A stretch of DNA of 64,000 bases from Chlorokybus atmophyticus (lineage: Eukaryota > Plantae > Mesostigma and Chlorokybus algae). A program made the position numbers and the translations under genes. Each line of letters starts with the position of its first letter. Within the stretch, counting starts at the first letter, position 1. Shown here piece after piece: positions 47,417-58,913 of this stretch. A model generated the notes under the pieces. The model worked only from the letters and a program-made list of their open reading frames with translations. It made no database searches and was not told the origin of the DNA. The stretch is taken from assembly GCA_009103225.1 (NCBI GenBank), contig RHPI01002090.1, positions 1,411,932-1,475,931 of the forward strand. Reading direction: 5' to 3'.

Positions 47417-50400
47417 TCAGCGCGTGTTTGCTGGAGAACGAAGTGTCTCAGCGAACTTGTGTTCTGCTTCAGCAGCAGCTTCTTCAGTGCCAAACAGCAC
47501 ATGCGCAGTCTGCACGCGAGAGAGCTGGTTGAAGCATAATCAAAGAGCAGCAGCAGGGGAATAGCCTCCATTTATATTGAATCTCATACACTGCAATTGG
47601 TGTTGCTGAACTCATTGACCACTCACCCGTGAGTCACGAGGCTTAGCAATCCACGAAACGAAGTATTCCGGAGAGACGCAGGGCAGCTTCTCTGCAAGAA
47701 ACACAAGTACCTGCACAGATTGGACACACGGTCACCACGTGAATGAAACAAGCCCATCGCATGCCAACGCTGCATACAAGTCGTCATCCCCTACCCAGTT
47801 GTCTTGTTTTGTAACATCCTTATCACAGATGACGAAGTCCACGCCATGTTTGAACTGCTGTGATTACAAGGTCAGGGATAACACTGTTGCCTATCAGCAA
47901 AGCAATGCAAACATGCAAGATGCGTAGTGAGAGCAGCGTCAAGTAGGATATCAGTGTATGGAGGCAGGTGCGCCAGAACAGAGCCACCGCCAGCATGAAC
48001 CGCACGTATCAGCGTGTCCTTGCTTGGAGGCGGGATGAACTCTCCGTACATGAGCACTGCAAGTCACCAAACAGTTCAGTACTGCAGAGTGCATACAAAG
48101 TGGCTAAGAGAGAAACAGCACATTGGGCCACCTTTTAATCCTTCAAAGGCTCGTTTGCCCGTTGACATGCGTTGCATTCGCCAGTGAGTTGGTGCGGACA
48201 TGTGTACACTCCTGTCGCTGTTGTAACCGCTGCACGTACACAAGCAATTCGACTTATGAGCAGCACATCTCAAGCACAAGACGCAGCCTTCTGCAACTGT
48301 GAGACAAACAATGAAATACCTCCCGCTCCATTCATAGTCTGTTTCGTACACGAATCTTCCCACCTGCTTGCTTGCAACTGTACAATGCAGTTAAGGAGAA
48401 ATCGCTATGCTGGTGCGCTTGCATGCGTTGTGCGGTGCTTGACTATTGCAGCACACCAACATTGAAAAATGAGCAGTACAGATACAAGTGTACACGTGTG
48501 AGGAGGATATAGATACTCTGGCTTAAGAATCCATTGGCCAGCTGCTGCCGCTGCAAAGAACTGCAGAAGAGTTGACTTCGCATTAGACCAAGGTGTCTTG
48601 GTAAACGTGTGCCAACACGTATGTTTTTTAGGAAACACTCGCATACCTTTTCATTCCGTTTCAGCGGTGCAGGCAGAATCAGGTGCGTCGTGCGAAGGTC
48701 CCACTCGTGGCTGTCCAGGCACAGTTTGCCTCTCAGGCCCTTTACCATCTGCCTGTACCTCACCTTCTGGTCGCGCTGACCGCTGAACGTGAACCACCGC
48801 TTACTGCTGGTGCTGGGCTTGGCGCTGTCTCTGTTGTCCTCAACACCCGGGGCCTGCACTGTTGCTGGCTCCTCCATGTTCACTGCGCTTGTTGTTGGAG
48901 TATCTTCAGCAGGGGCCGCTTGGGCTGACAAAGCTGTGGTTGGTTTTGCAGGTGAGCTGCGCTTTGGTGATGGTTGCTCTGCTTGAAGCGCCTGCCAACC
49001 GATTGCAACATATTAAGGCTGCTGTGTGGTGCTGTCCCGCACACTGAGAAGATACAGTTATAATGTTGACCAACACATTGTGTGACCATCAATAACAAGT
49101 TGCCAAAGCCATCAAAGTCAGTCAATACCTGCTTGTCCGCTGCCCTCTTGCAAGCTTTGAGTGAAGCCACTGGGGTGGAAGCAGCATGCGTCTGATCAGA
49201 GGTGGTGGTTGGCTGTGCGCCGAGCAAAGCATTGTCATAATCGGACATGCTTCTGGTAGCTTGGTCATGCGCTGCACCCGGTGCGTGCTGATTGTCTTCC
49301 AATGTGGTCGCAGCGTGCGTCTGGTTATCTGTGCTGGGTGATACCTGGTGATCATACAGCTGTCCGGCACCAACACCAACATCATTAACAGCTGTGCTTG
49401 CGGGTTTCTCAGGCTGCTCACTCGGCAGTGCTTCATTTATTTCGGCAGCGGGTTGCTGCTCCACGCCTTCAACACTTGCAGCTTCCTGTTTGCTAGTGTC
49501 CAGCTCAACACCACTTCCGTCACGCTCATCTGCCCGTTGTCGCACTTGCTGTCGCAGATTGGTTGTATCGGCCAGGGCGGGGCGCGCTCTTTCTGCAGTG
49601 CGCGGAGTCTTCTCGGCAGGCAGCTCATCCTCCACACCAGACACATCCATGGCTGCCAAGGACGGGGCTCGCCGTTTCAACAACCTCCTGCCAGGCGCAG
49701 TTTTGGGCGGTGCCTTTGCAGAAGAACCCAATCTGACAGGTTGCATAGTCCCACCACTGATGTTGGCAGCAGCAGGTGGTTCCTGCTGCTGCTGTTGCTG
49801 AGCGCTACTGATATCAGCTTCACAAACCACTCTCGGTGGTGACGCAACTCTTCCTGCATCATCATGATGCTCGGGTAGCTCTGTCTCAGCATCAGAGTTT
49901 GGGTTGCGGACTGCAGTGGATTGCGGGCAGGGCTGCTGCTGCTGCTGTTGTTGTTGTTGTTGCTGCTGTTGTGGTGGTGGCAATTCCGCTGGTTTCAGGA
50001 AGGACCGCCTGCGAAGGACAGCCTGTTCGGCACGCTGCAGAGGGGAGGCTGAGCTCTGCTGCAGGGGTGCGCTCTTCCTTCCAGCAGAGAGGCTAGTGAT
50101 TCCCAGCGTGCCCATGCGTGGTACCGTCGCAGGCGCCGCCATGGACAGCCTGTGCGCTGGGGTTCTGGACCCCAACTTGGTGGCTTCTGCCATGACAGGC
50201 GTCGCTGCGTGTGGTTGCGGCATGCTGGGGTTCCCTGCACAAAGCACCGTTCAGGATGAGTTGTTGTCGGTCACTTGCGCACACAAACCATGTGATGCAT
50301 GCCTGGCGACATGACTGCCGGCGTTGTTACCTGCCGGGACTGGATGCGGAGCAGCCAGCTCGCCAGCTGTCTGCTTCGCTAATAGCTCTCGGCCACTGCA

Positions 50401-51650
50401 CACGACACAAAATCGTCACGCCATGTAACTCATTCATGTACACAAATGGTCATTATGCTTCAGTGTGCGCAGTAGCAACACAATGTGAATGTCAGCTGCT
50501 GCACAAGTGTAGGTACAACTGCAGCATAGCATACCACATTGACTGGTAAGGTGCCTCGGGAAGGCGTCTCCATTGCTTCATGCTGCAAAGTGACAAGGAA
50601 TGAGCAGTGGCTGTGTCAACTGCCAGACATGTGGGCTTTCTCTCACACAAGCGGTGACCAAACTGACCAGTCCTCAAGCCATTGATGGTTGACGGTATGC
50701 ACCCCAAACTCCTGAGCGCGCACGAACTTCTGACCTGAAACATAGGAGGAAAGTTATGCAAGGTGCAAGTAGTGGACCAGCCAGTGCTGACTTACAACAA
50801 TCATGCAACAGTTGTGTAGACCATACCAGAAAAGTCGAAGCAAACTAGGTGTGTGTTCTCTTTAGACAGCGTCCCCGTGTATCTGGCCCGCATTATGTGG
50901 ACCATATCCTGCAGTGCACTCAAGATTGATTCAAACAAGATTCGCCTTGCAGTCCTCGACACTCATGTTTGCGAGTCTGTAGACACCAAAGTGGTTACCT
51001 TCACGTCATCGCGTACAGTGCTCTTGTAGCCGGTGATGCTCACGACACAGTTGTCCATGTCAGGTACCCCAAGCTCATCAGGTACAGGCTGGTACAACGC
51101 CTGTTAATAAAGGAGTGCGCTTATCAATGCGACATCAGACACGAGACAAGAAGTGCTGCATGACAAAGAGCAACACATTGACCAGAGTCCAAACCTTGGC
51201 ATGTTGGTCGTGTAACTGAGTGTCGCGAATGCAGTCTGCTAACCACACCTCACTAGCCACAGCTTTACCGTCCCGTATGGCAGCCTCGTACATCTCCTGT
51301 CAACAGATTTCAAATCAAACACTCGTAGCAGCCTTGAACTGATCGCTCAGTACCCATCCTCATGATTCCGAGCCAATATCACTCACTAACCCCGTTCTGG
51401 TATGGCACCACCACGTGCGTGCAATTGGACGCATATTGTCCGGCAGCAGCCACCACACCTCCGCACGCCTCAATGTCAACCTAGTTGGGCACCACAGCAA
51501 TAGAAACATCCTTCAGCCTTCACTGTTAACCCCACTAATACAAGTCGTTTGCTAGCTGGCGCCTGCCCGCGCGCAAACACGCACCTTAAGCCGTTCATGT
51601 TGGACAGCAAACACCAGTCCATTGAATAGTTTCTGCTGCTCTGGGAACAT
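47417..51650 (-). CDS. Multi-BRCT domain protein (At4g02110-like)
   Basis: N-terminal BRCTs (MFPEQQKLFNG..GGVV..NCTHVVV..WLADC..LYQPV..VVSITGYKS), a disordered polyQ linker, and a C-terminal BRCT pair (THLILPAPLKRNEK..AAAAGQWILKPEYL..YGEFIPPPSKDTLIRAVHAGGG..PPYT..LPCVSPEYFVSWIAKP..HVLFGT). A probable 5'-UTR exon ends at the GTAAG donor near 52243. Confidence 0.88.
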
Positions 51651-52560
51651 TGCTGGGGGGGATTGTGTTGCGTAATCTTTATAACTACAAACACCTGCAA
51701 GCAAGGCTTCAGATGTGTAAACAACCGGACAGCTGGCTCGATTGAGTCAGAACATAATAGCAACTTCATGTGCTTGAATAGTGTTGAATTTAGTGTTCAG
51801 TACTTGACAAGTTCGATATTGCTGTATAAGCAAACTGATTCTCAGATGTAAGGGTCCACCTCAACACGATCCAACCTGCATAAACCGCGCCATGCTGCTA
51901 ACAGCAGCAAATGTGCATGGCGCAACATGTACATCAACCCTTATACTGATTCAGCAGAGCATTTGATCAGAGCATCGCTCCAACCGCAATCACGCAGGCT
52001 GCAGCATTGTAGGTGTCAACCGCGATTGCCGCTGGCAGCCCGTAGCATGCGCAGGATGTCAGCTACATGAGACATCAGCTGCATGAGACAACTAATGAAG
52101 CTCAGACGTATGATTCGACGCCTGATGTGTTATGGCTGTTTGCGTTGACGGCGCTGCAACCAGCTTACGCTCAGCAGTAAACCAACCCCGCCAGCAAGCC
52201 GCCCAGCTCTTCGCCAAGCTGAGCAGCGTGTGCCAAGCTTACCTCAGCCAGATCTCACTGTCAGCAGCATCAAAGTCGTCCAGCTGCTTGTGTTGCTTGC
52301 CGTCACTTGGATTTTGGCACCTTTTTCGGCTTGCTCTTACCCCCCTGCACCACCACCGCCACCGCCGCCGTCGCTGTGCGAGCAGCAGAGAGTGTGTCTC
52401 TCGCGGGCTTTTTCGAGTTCGTAAATTTTGCTCGTTTGAGCGGCAGTCTGTGCGGCGGGGCACAAGCGCACAAGCAGTGACCGAGTGTGCGGTGGACGCC
52501 ACGTGGGGCGTTGCCGGCGAGACTAGCAGTGCTAGGCCTACTCCTGTTGGGGCTTTCGGT

Positions 52561-52592
52561 AACAAGTGAAGTCGTGCACGACTGCACTTGTT
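52561..52592. promoter_or_regulatory. 32-bp near-perfect palindrome upstream of the BRCT gene
   Basis: AACAAGTGAAGTCGTG|CACGACTGCACTTGTT, with one mismatch. Function is inferred only. Confidence 0.45.
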
Positions 52593-53149
52593 CAGAGCCA
52601 ATACGCTAGTGAGCATCGCGTGTGCAAAGAGGCAGCGGACGCAGCCGACACATGCCCAGGACACACAGGCCGCTAACACCACTCCACGTGCTGGACTTGT
52701 GAGCGGCTGTTATACAGGCCAAGTGCGATGCAATAAGCAGCTCTCCAGCAATCCAAGCACTCACAAAGCAATTCATTACAGCAGCGGCAGCAGCTACGCT
52801 ATGTTGCACACATGTTGCAGATGTCACACATTGTCTAGCTTTATACGTGCGTGCAACCAAGTGCATGCAAGGCGGTTATATGCGAAAGCGTGCGCACAGA
52901 AGTTGGACGAAGTGCACAACCAGGGCAAGCACATGTGTGTATTTGCACTGACACTTGACCTACTCAATGTGCAAGTGCGCTTCCCAAGTGCTTAACCTGC
53001 AGAATGCACGAGGCAGTGAGTCACTCTTGGCAGCACTCATAATGTACATCAACCTCTAGTCTACTGTGCACATGCAAGGTATTGTGTGCAATCAATAGCT
53101 AGGCAACAACATGCAAACGAACAAAAACTGTGAACTGTTGTCCTGGCAC

Positions 53150-53520
53150 AACCTGCCAACCCCACCACCCAACCCCAACCAGCACCTAACCAGCCCAGCA
53201 CCCGAACCGAACACAGCACAACCTGTGCGGAGGGCGCACTGGACCAGGCACTGCTGACGTCGGCTGTGCAACGCAACTACGACACAACCCAGCAAACCCT
53301 GCTGCATCGCTTGCAGAGGGCGAGGAAGGCGGCGGAGCCAGGGAGAGAGGGAGGGGGAGTCCTGGTCGCCAATTTGCATGCTGTCTGCGTGACCAAAAGC
53401 GCCAACAACTAACCAACGCCCATGTGGGCAGGTGATTACCAACTGCATATTGACTGCTGCATGTCGAACGGGGTAGAGGCAGTAGATTAGCGTGCTAGTA
53501 GTAGCCCGGTGGTCAACTAA
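53150..53520 (-). repeat. Dispersed repeat family R, second long copy
   Basis: Shares colinear blocks with 28060-28590. Confidence 0.6.
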
Positions 53521-53818
53521 ATGTCATTTGTACGACACCTTGCATGTGTTGCTGCAAGCTGACTGGACTACACGTTGTGCATGCGCATGCATGTCCTGCA
53601 TTTGATGTACATCCCAATACACGTTATGTTTACCGAGCTTGCCATCTGCGCAGCAGCAGCGACCTCCCGCTCAAATTTGCCAACAGGCATCACTGCAGTG
53701 CTTTTCACAATCAATCAACTTGGCAAGCACACAGGACGGTATGCTGCCATCCTGTGTAGTTGCTTTACTGCCACAGGTCTATGCCACTACAACTTCCAAT
53801 GCCATCTTAAAGGCCTAG

Positions 53819-56800
53819 TCACCAGTGTTTGTACTGGCCATGGTAAGGTGGCCTATAAGGTGGCTGGTATTGTCCATGCATGCCTGCAGTCGAGGGTGCA
53901 CTACTTCCTGCATAAGGTTGCACAGGCAGTGGCGGCTGCCATTGAGGCTGCGGGGCATGCATGTGGGTTTGCAACTGAGGGGCTGGCATCAGTTGGTTAG
54001 GTAAGAGTTGGTGGTGAGTGTGCATATTCTGGTGGATTGCTTGGACGTGCTGGATGTAGGAATGCGATTGTGCAGCATGCGCATGTGCAGCATGCAATGG
54101 GATCGCAGCACTACTTGAAGGTATCGTAGCCATCGCCCCAAAATCAAAGTCAGTCATCGCTGGAAGATCTGCCCACTGCGAGTGTTCTTGCGTGACAGTG
54201 GATGACTGAGGCGGCATTCCATTGGCGTAATGCTGCTGAACAAGCTGTGCATCAGCATGTGACTGTACACGACCTGTCAATTGACACAATGCATTGTGCG
54301 ACAACGAGTGATTTGTGCTGACCTGTGATACATGTGGCTGCGGCATGTGCGGGTACTGTGGTAACTGCGTGTGAGCAACCGGCTGCTGTGCCGATGGCTG
54401 TGCTGCTTTCTGGGACAGCTGTGCCAGAAGTTGTGCAGCTAACCCCGGGTTCTGCTGCAAAAGCAACCTAGCTAGCTCTCCTGGGTTGCTGACAGGAGTT
54501 GGTGGCGCTTGTGCTGGTGCAACTGTTGCAGCTGCAGATGTTGGAGGTTTGGGAGGTGATGCTTCTGATATCGGCGCTGGGGTTGGTTTAGCTTCTGTTG
54601 GAATAACCAGGACAGATGCATCGTCTGCATCAGGTTGAACTTCCTCCGGCTCTGCTGGGCTTTCAGGAATGTCACTTGGGTTGACATACTCAATGCTTGG
54701 GAACGACTGCTGGCGTTTTTGCTGCACTGACTTTTCCTCGCTTTCCAGACCAACTGCGCGTTTCCACTCAGCCTTCTCGGCAAAACCTGCATGCAGACAC
54801 CAGATCCTCACATGTTGCAATACAACGTCAGCTCAATCTGATTGGCCTTAAGGCAGATCGACGCACCAAACGGAAAGTGCCATGGGACATCACGTGTTGC
54901 ATCAAGCAGCTCCTTGTAGCGCCGCTGCTGCTCCGCAACCTCTGGTGAGGGTTCTGACAAATTAGGAACCTGCAGCGTCGCGATTGAGGGAACACCCTTG
55001 CTACCATGGCAGTGTGAAGTACAGGTGAAGTGCTTGCGCCCGACGACCACAAACAATATCATGCGAATCGTTGCAACAAGCAACGACACAAACCTGTAGA
55101 TCTTCCTCAATGTGTTCGTCATCGTCATCCACGTGGATTGACTGTGCTTCAGTAGTTAGAGCAGCAGGGACTGGCGAGGCAGGCACCTGCTTTAATACTG
55201 ACCCATCCTTTACAACTCCTTGAAACGCTGCGAGCGCCTTTTGCTTTTGCTTGGCCTTGCGAATGTCATCAGCTGACAGCGGTTTTGATTGCCATGTAGG
55301 TGTAGACGGCTGTCGCGTAACAACTTCATGCTCCATGCTAGCACTGGGCTGAACTGAGCCAAGCAACTGTACGCGATTGGTTCGAAAATTGTCCTCCTTG
55401 AGCACTGTGCTGCAGTTAAGGTCCAAGCGGTGCATGACTAATGGTTGTGGACATCAATGCACATCGACCAGGGCGTGATGACAATCCATCAACGGGGACA
55501 CATACACACATTTTGCACACTCTGAGCACAACAGCTCTACTGCACAACCACCATATGAAAGCAGGACCAATGTGACTGCTTGCTGGATACGTTCTCTTTT
55601 CACAACAGGGCGGCGCGCGGATGCTGGGCCAATAAGTTTGGAGGCAATGACGCCCGAAGTAGAGTCTCTGTAGTTGTGTAGTTCAGACATGAGCTGCTGT
55701 ATGCGTACAATACTAATGTAACCGTGCGTCATATGACTTACTTGGCATTATGCGTGTCTGACAACCTGGCCATTGCACCGCTTGTGCGCATATTGTCCTG
55801 TGTTTTGAGTGCGTCAGACTCCATGAACTGCCAGCTGCCTTGGGAAGTATGTGACATGTTGGTACTTACACGTAAGGCAGCAGCACCAGTGTTTGCCATA
55901 GGCACCGCGCCACCTGTTAATGCGGCGCTGTGTAGGCTACCACGACCAAATTTGATTTGTTGGTTCTGCGCATGTCCAGCATGTGTGCCTAGCCTTGGTT
56001 TCTTGGCAAGCATAGGCGCAGCGGAACCATTCGCTATGGCAGCGGCTGGCCTGCATGCACCACAAACATGTCACAACTACACCTTGCCAAGGCTCGCAAA
56101 ATTTAAACATGCGTCACAACTGCTCGCGAGATGCTTGGCTCGTATGTAACGGCACATCCATGCAGCATGCTAGGCACTTGTTTGCGCTGGACATAACTGC
56201 CGGTGCAATCAATCATGCATGCATGATATCCACCACAGTAGAGACCCAGAGCAGTTGTGGCAAGGCAACGGAAATAGTGTCGCCTGGGTACATATTTGCT
56301 TGCCGACAGCTTGACACACACATACCTGGATCGTTTGTCAGAAGAACCTGTTGCAACATGAACTATTAGCAGCTGACCCTTGAGTGACACGGGCTGCGCA
56401 TTATTGACAACACTTTCATACACTCACTTTGCAGTGTGTTTGCACCACTGGCTTGGCGTTTGACAGTCTCCCGCCATGACTCCAGAAGAGCTGCAGCTGC
56501 TGTGCGCACATCTGCGGACACACAATGCGGAGAATTTGTAGCGTTTACAAGCAATATTGCAGTACAACCACACAGAACACAAACAAGAGCCATGCCCGTT
56601 TTCACACAACTGACTGTCAAGGTTGCTGCATTGATAACGTTGAGTGGGGTGTCAACCATGACAGCTCACTTGAGATCCTGGCATTGCACAATGCAACACA
56701 ACAAAGCACCTGGAAGAGGAGAAATTCTGGACAGATCAGCAACATCCGCCGCAATTGGACAAGCACGCAGGTTCTGCAGCGTCAGTGCCAGCCTCCTCAG

Positions 56801-58698
56801 CACTTGCAGCACTGCCCTTGTAAGAGTGGTCTGCTCTTCTACCATGCCCTCTTTTAACCATGTCTTGAGAACGCCCAGCAAGCCATATGCGCATAGCTTT
56901 TGCAGGCGAACACTTGGCTTGGTGTTCAAGAGCGCATTCATTGCTATGGTGCGACTGCTGGCAGTGCCCAAACTCTTCAACAGAGTAACAAACTCAACAG
57001 TGCAGCCTTTCTTCAGTCCTCGATGTTCTTCGAGATATGGCGCCAATCTGGCCCACACAGAAGGACATCCATCCAGTTCTGCGAATAAGTCACCTATAAA
57101 TGGAGCTTCAAGAACGCTTGAACTGTCTCCAAGTGGCAGCATACTGCGCACGAAGCCCCTTTGCAGAGCAAACCATGCTTTAACCTGAGGGAAGGATGAT
57201 TATGAGATCTGCAACTTGATGGCTGGTAGTGCGCATGCATGATACTACCTGCCAGAGGGGTGCATCGATATGTTGTGCAAGTTGAAGGAATTCACGCTTG
57301 GTCAGGCTATCCTTGATTGCGAAAACTTCGTGTAAGCACTGCTCAGCAGCTTCGGAAAAAGCAGTACCATCCTTTCTATCTGCATGATGCAGTAACGTGA
57401 AGTGAGTGGAAGTTGCAGCAAGCTACGTCACGTAAAGTACTACGCCATGCGCGAGCCGTAACAAGCGCTGAGCAGGGCCAGGTAATGATGTGTGCCGCCC
57501 ACGACCGGGAGGAGAGAGGATCGACATTAGTAATTGTTTGCGGCGCCTTTATAATTGCCATGCCATGCCCAGCCTACAGCTTAATCTGTTCAGCAAAGAT
57601 AGTTATGAGCGCCCTCCCTTCGGTCTGTCCATTAGGGTCAGAGCAAGTTGTTTCTTCCCGCCATTAGCGTCGCCTTCGTATGGGGTGCTGTGTGCGCTGC
57701 AGCTTTGTCTGCAGGCCTTTGTATGTGTTGAGGAGCTCGACCACATCNGGGTGATGAGACATACATACTGTGCAGTCATATGAAGTGAGCTCATGGAACA
57801 AGCATGCTTGGCATTGCTGCCACGTAGTACAGAAGGCTAGGCGGCAAATCGAGACCGGCATTTTCATACATCAGTTGCCGTCTAGCCTGACAACAGCAAA
57901 AGGTGTCGACAAGCTGAAGATGTGCTCTGATACTGCCATGTGTTACGTACATGATCTCAACATGCAAATGAAAATGCATGAGATGTGCGATGCTCCGCTA
58001 AATGCATGTAACCATTGTCTCATTGGAAGAGCATGACTGCACGGTGACTGTGAGCATACACCTAAACAAAAGGCACTCACCATCTCCTCCTGCAAAGGGT
58101 TGTGCCCAGTAAGCTCCAGTTGACGTAACGCCAACTGCGCAATCTCTTCCACTTGCTGAAAAATCTGCTGCCGTTGTCTACTAAACAAGGCAGTAACTGA
58201 GTGCCTGCGCAACTGCTCCCACTCTTGGAGCGGCCCCTCTGGCTCAATTGATGCATCGTCATTTGCCTGCTCCACCTCAGCAGGGTTTGCTGACTCAGAA
58301 GTAACCATGGCCTGATCACTCCGAAGCTCTGCACTGTCTGATCCACTACAAGCGGGATGAGCGTCAGCAGGTTGCTTAGCGTATGCAAGCGCTTCCGCCT
58401 CGATACCACGACTGCAAGCGACCTCCGCCTGCGTGTCGTCTTCAACCATAGCAACCACCATTGCTTCTGAGGATAGGGCGAACGCATTGCAGTGGGCAGC
58501 AAAGATGTCGCTTTCCTGTTCACCAATCCCGTCCAGCTGAGAGTCCTGCTCCTCCAGCACATCCTGCTCCAAAACCTCCCAACCTGGGATGCTCTCGGCG
58601 AAGCAGGCCACACGCTCAGAAGAGGCAGGAGGCTGCTCCTGCTGTGGCATAGCCGACTCGACCATGAGGGCCGCCGCCGCTACGGCGGCAGCCATCAT
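53819..58698 (-). CDS. LD: LUMINIDEPENDENS/PNUTS-like protein (homeobox plus TFIIS N-terminal domain)
   Basis: RQRQQIFQQVEEI..LELTGHNPLQEEM, EVFAIKDSLTKREFLQLA..VKAWFALQR (LD homeobox), a TFIIS-N segment (LLGVLKTWL..VLQVLRRL), RVQLL, KPLSADDIRKAK and VPWHFP, then a Pro/Gln-rich tail. Confidence 0.85.
57520..57747. repeat. Second copy of the 228-bp segment, inside an LD intron, ending at a single N (57748)
   Basis: Identical to 45956-46183 and followed immediately by N. Confidence 0.9.
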
Positions 58699-58735
58699 GC
58701 ACGTCTGCAGGAATGGCGCAATTGCGTAATGTTGC

Positions 58736-58751
58736 AACCCTAATTAGGGTT
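58736..58751. promoter_or_regulatory. Palindromic double telo-box AACCCTAATTAGGGTT in the LD/Furry bidirectional promoter
   Basis: Perfect 16-bp palindrome of two telomere-repeat units, with a site-II-like TGGGCT at about 58810. Confidence 0.6.
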
Positions 58752-58913
58752 TGCAATCTGAGCAGGGAACGGCAAACGCAATACCTGTGAGCTTTTCTAT
58801 GCTGCGCATTGGGCTGCAAGGTGGAGGAGGAGGGCGTCGAGGCGGCGGCGGACCCTCGTGATGCTACCGCCTCTATGCTGGGATAGATGCTTGCTGCATG
58901 GGCGGCCGCCTAG

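Noticed and set aside
57480-57800. Possible C/D snoRNA (ATGATG and GTGATGA boxes) in the LD intron
   Set aside because: No properly spaced CTGA box or terminal stem, and the region is confounded by the duplicated block and the N.
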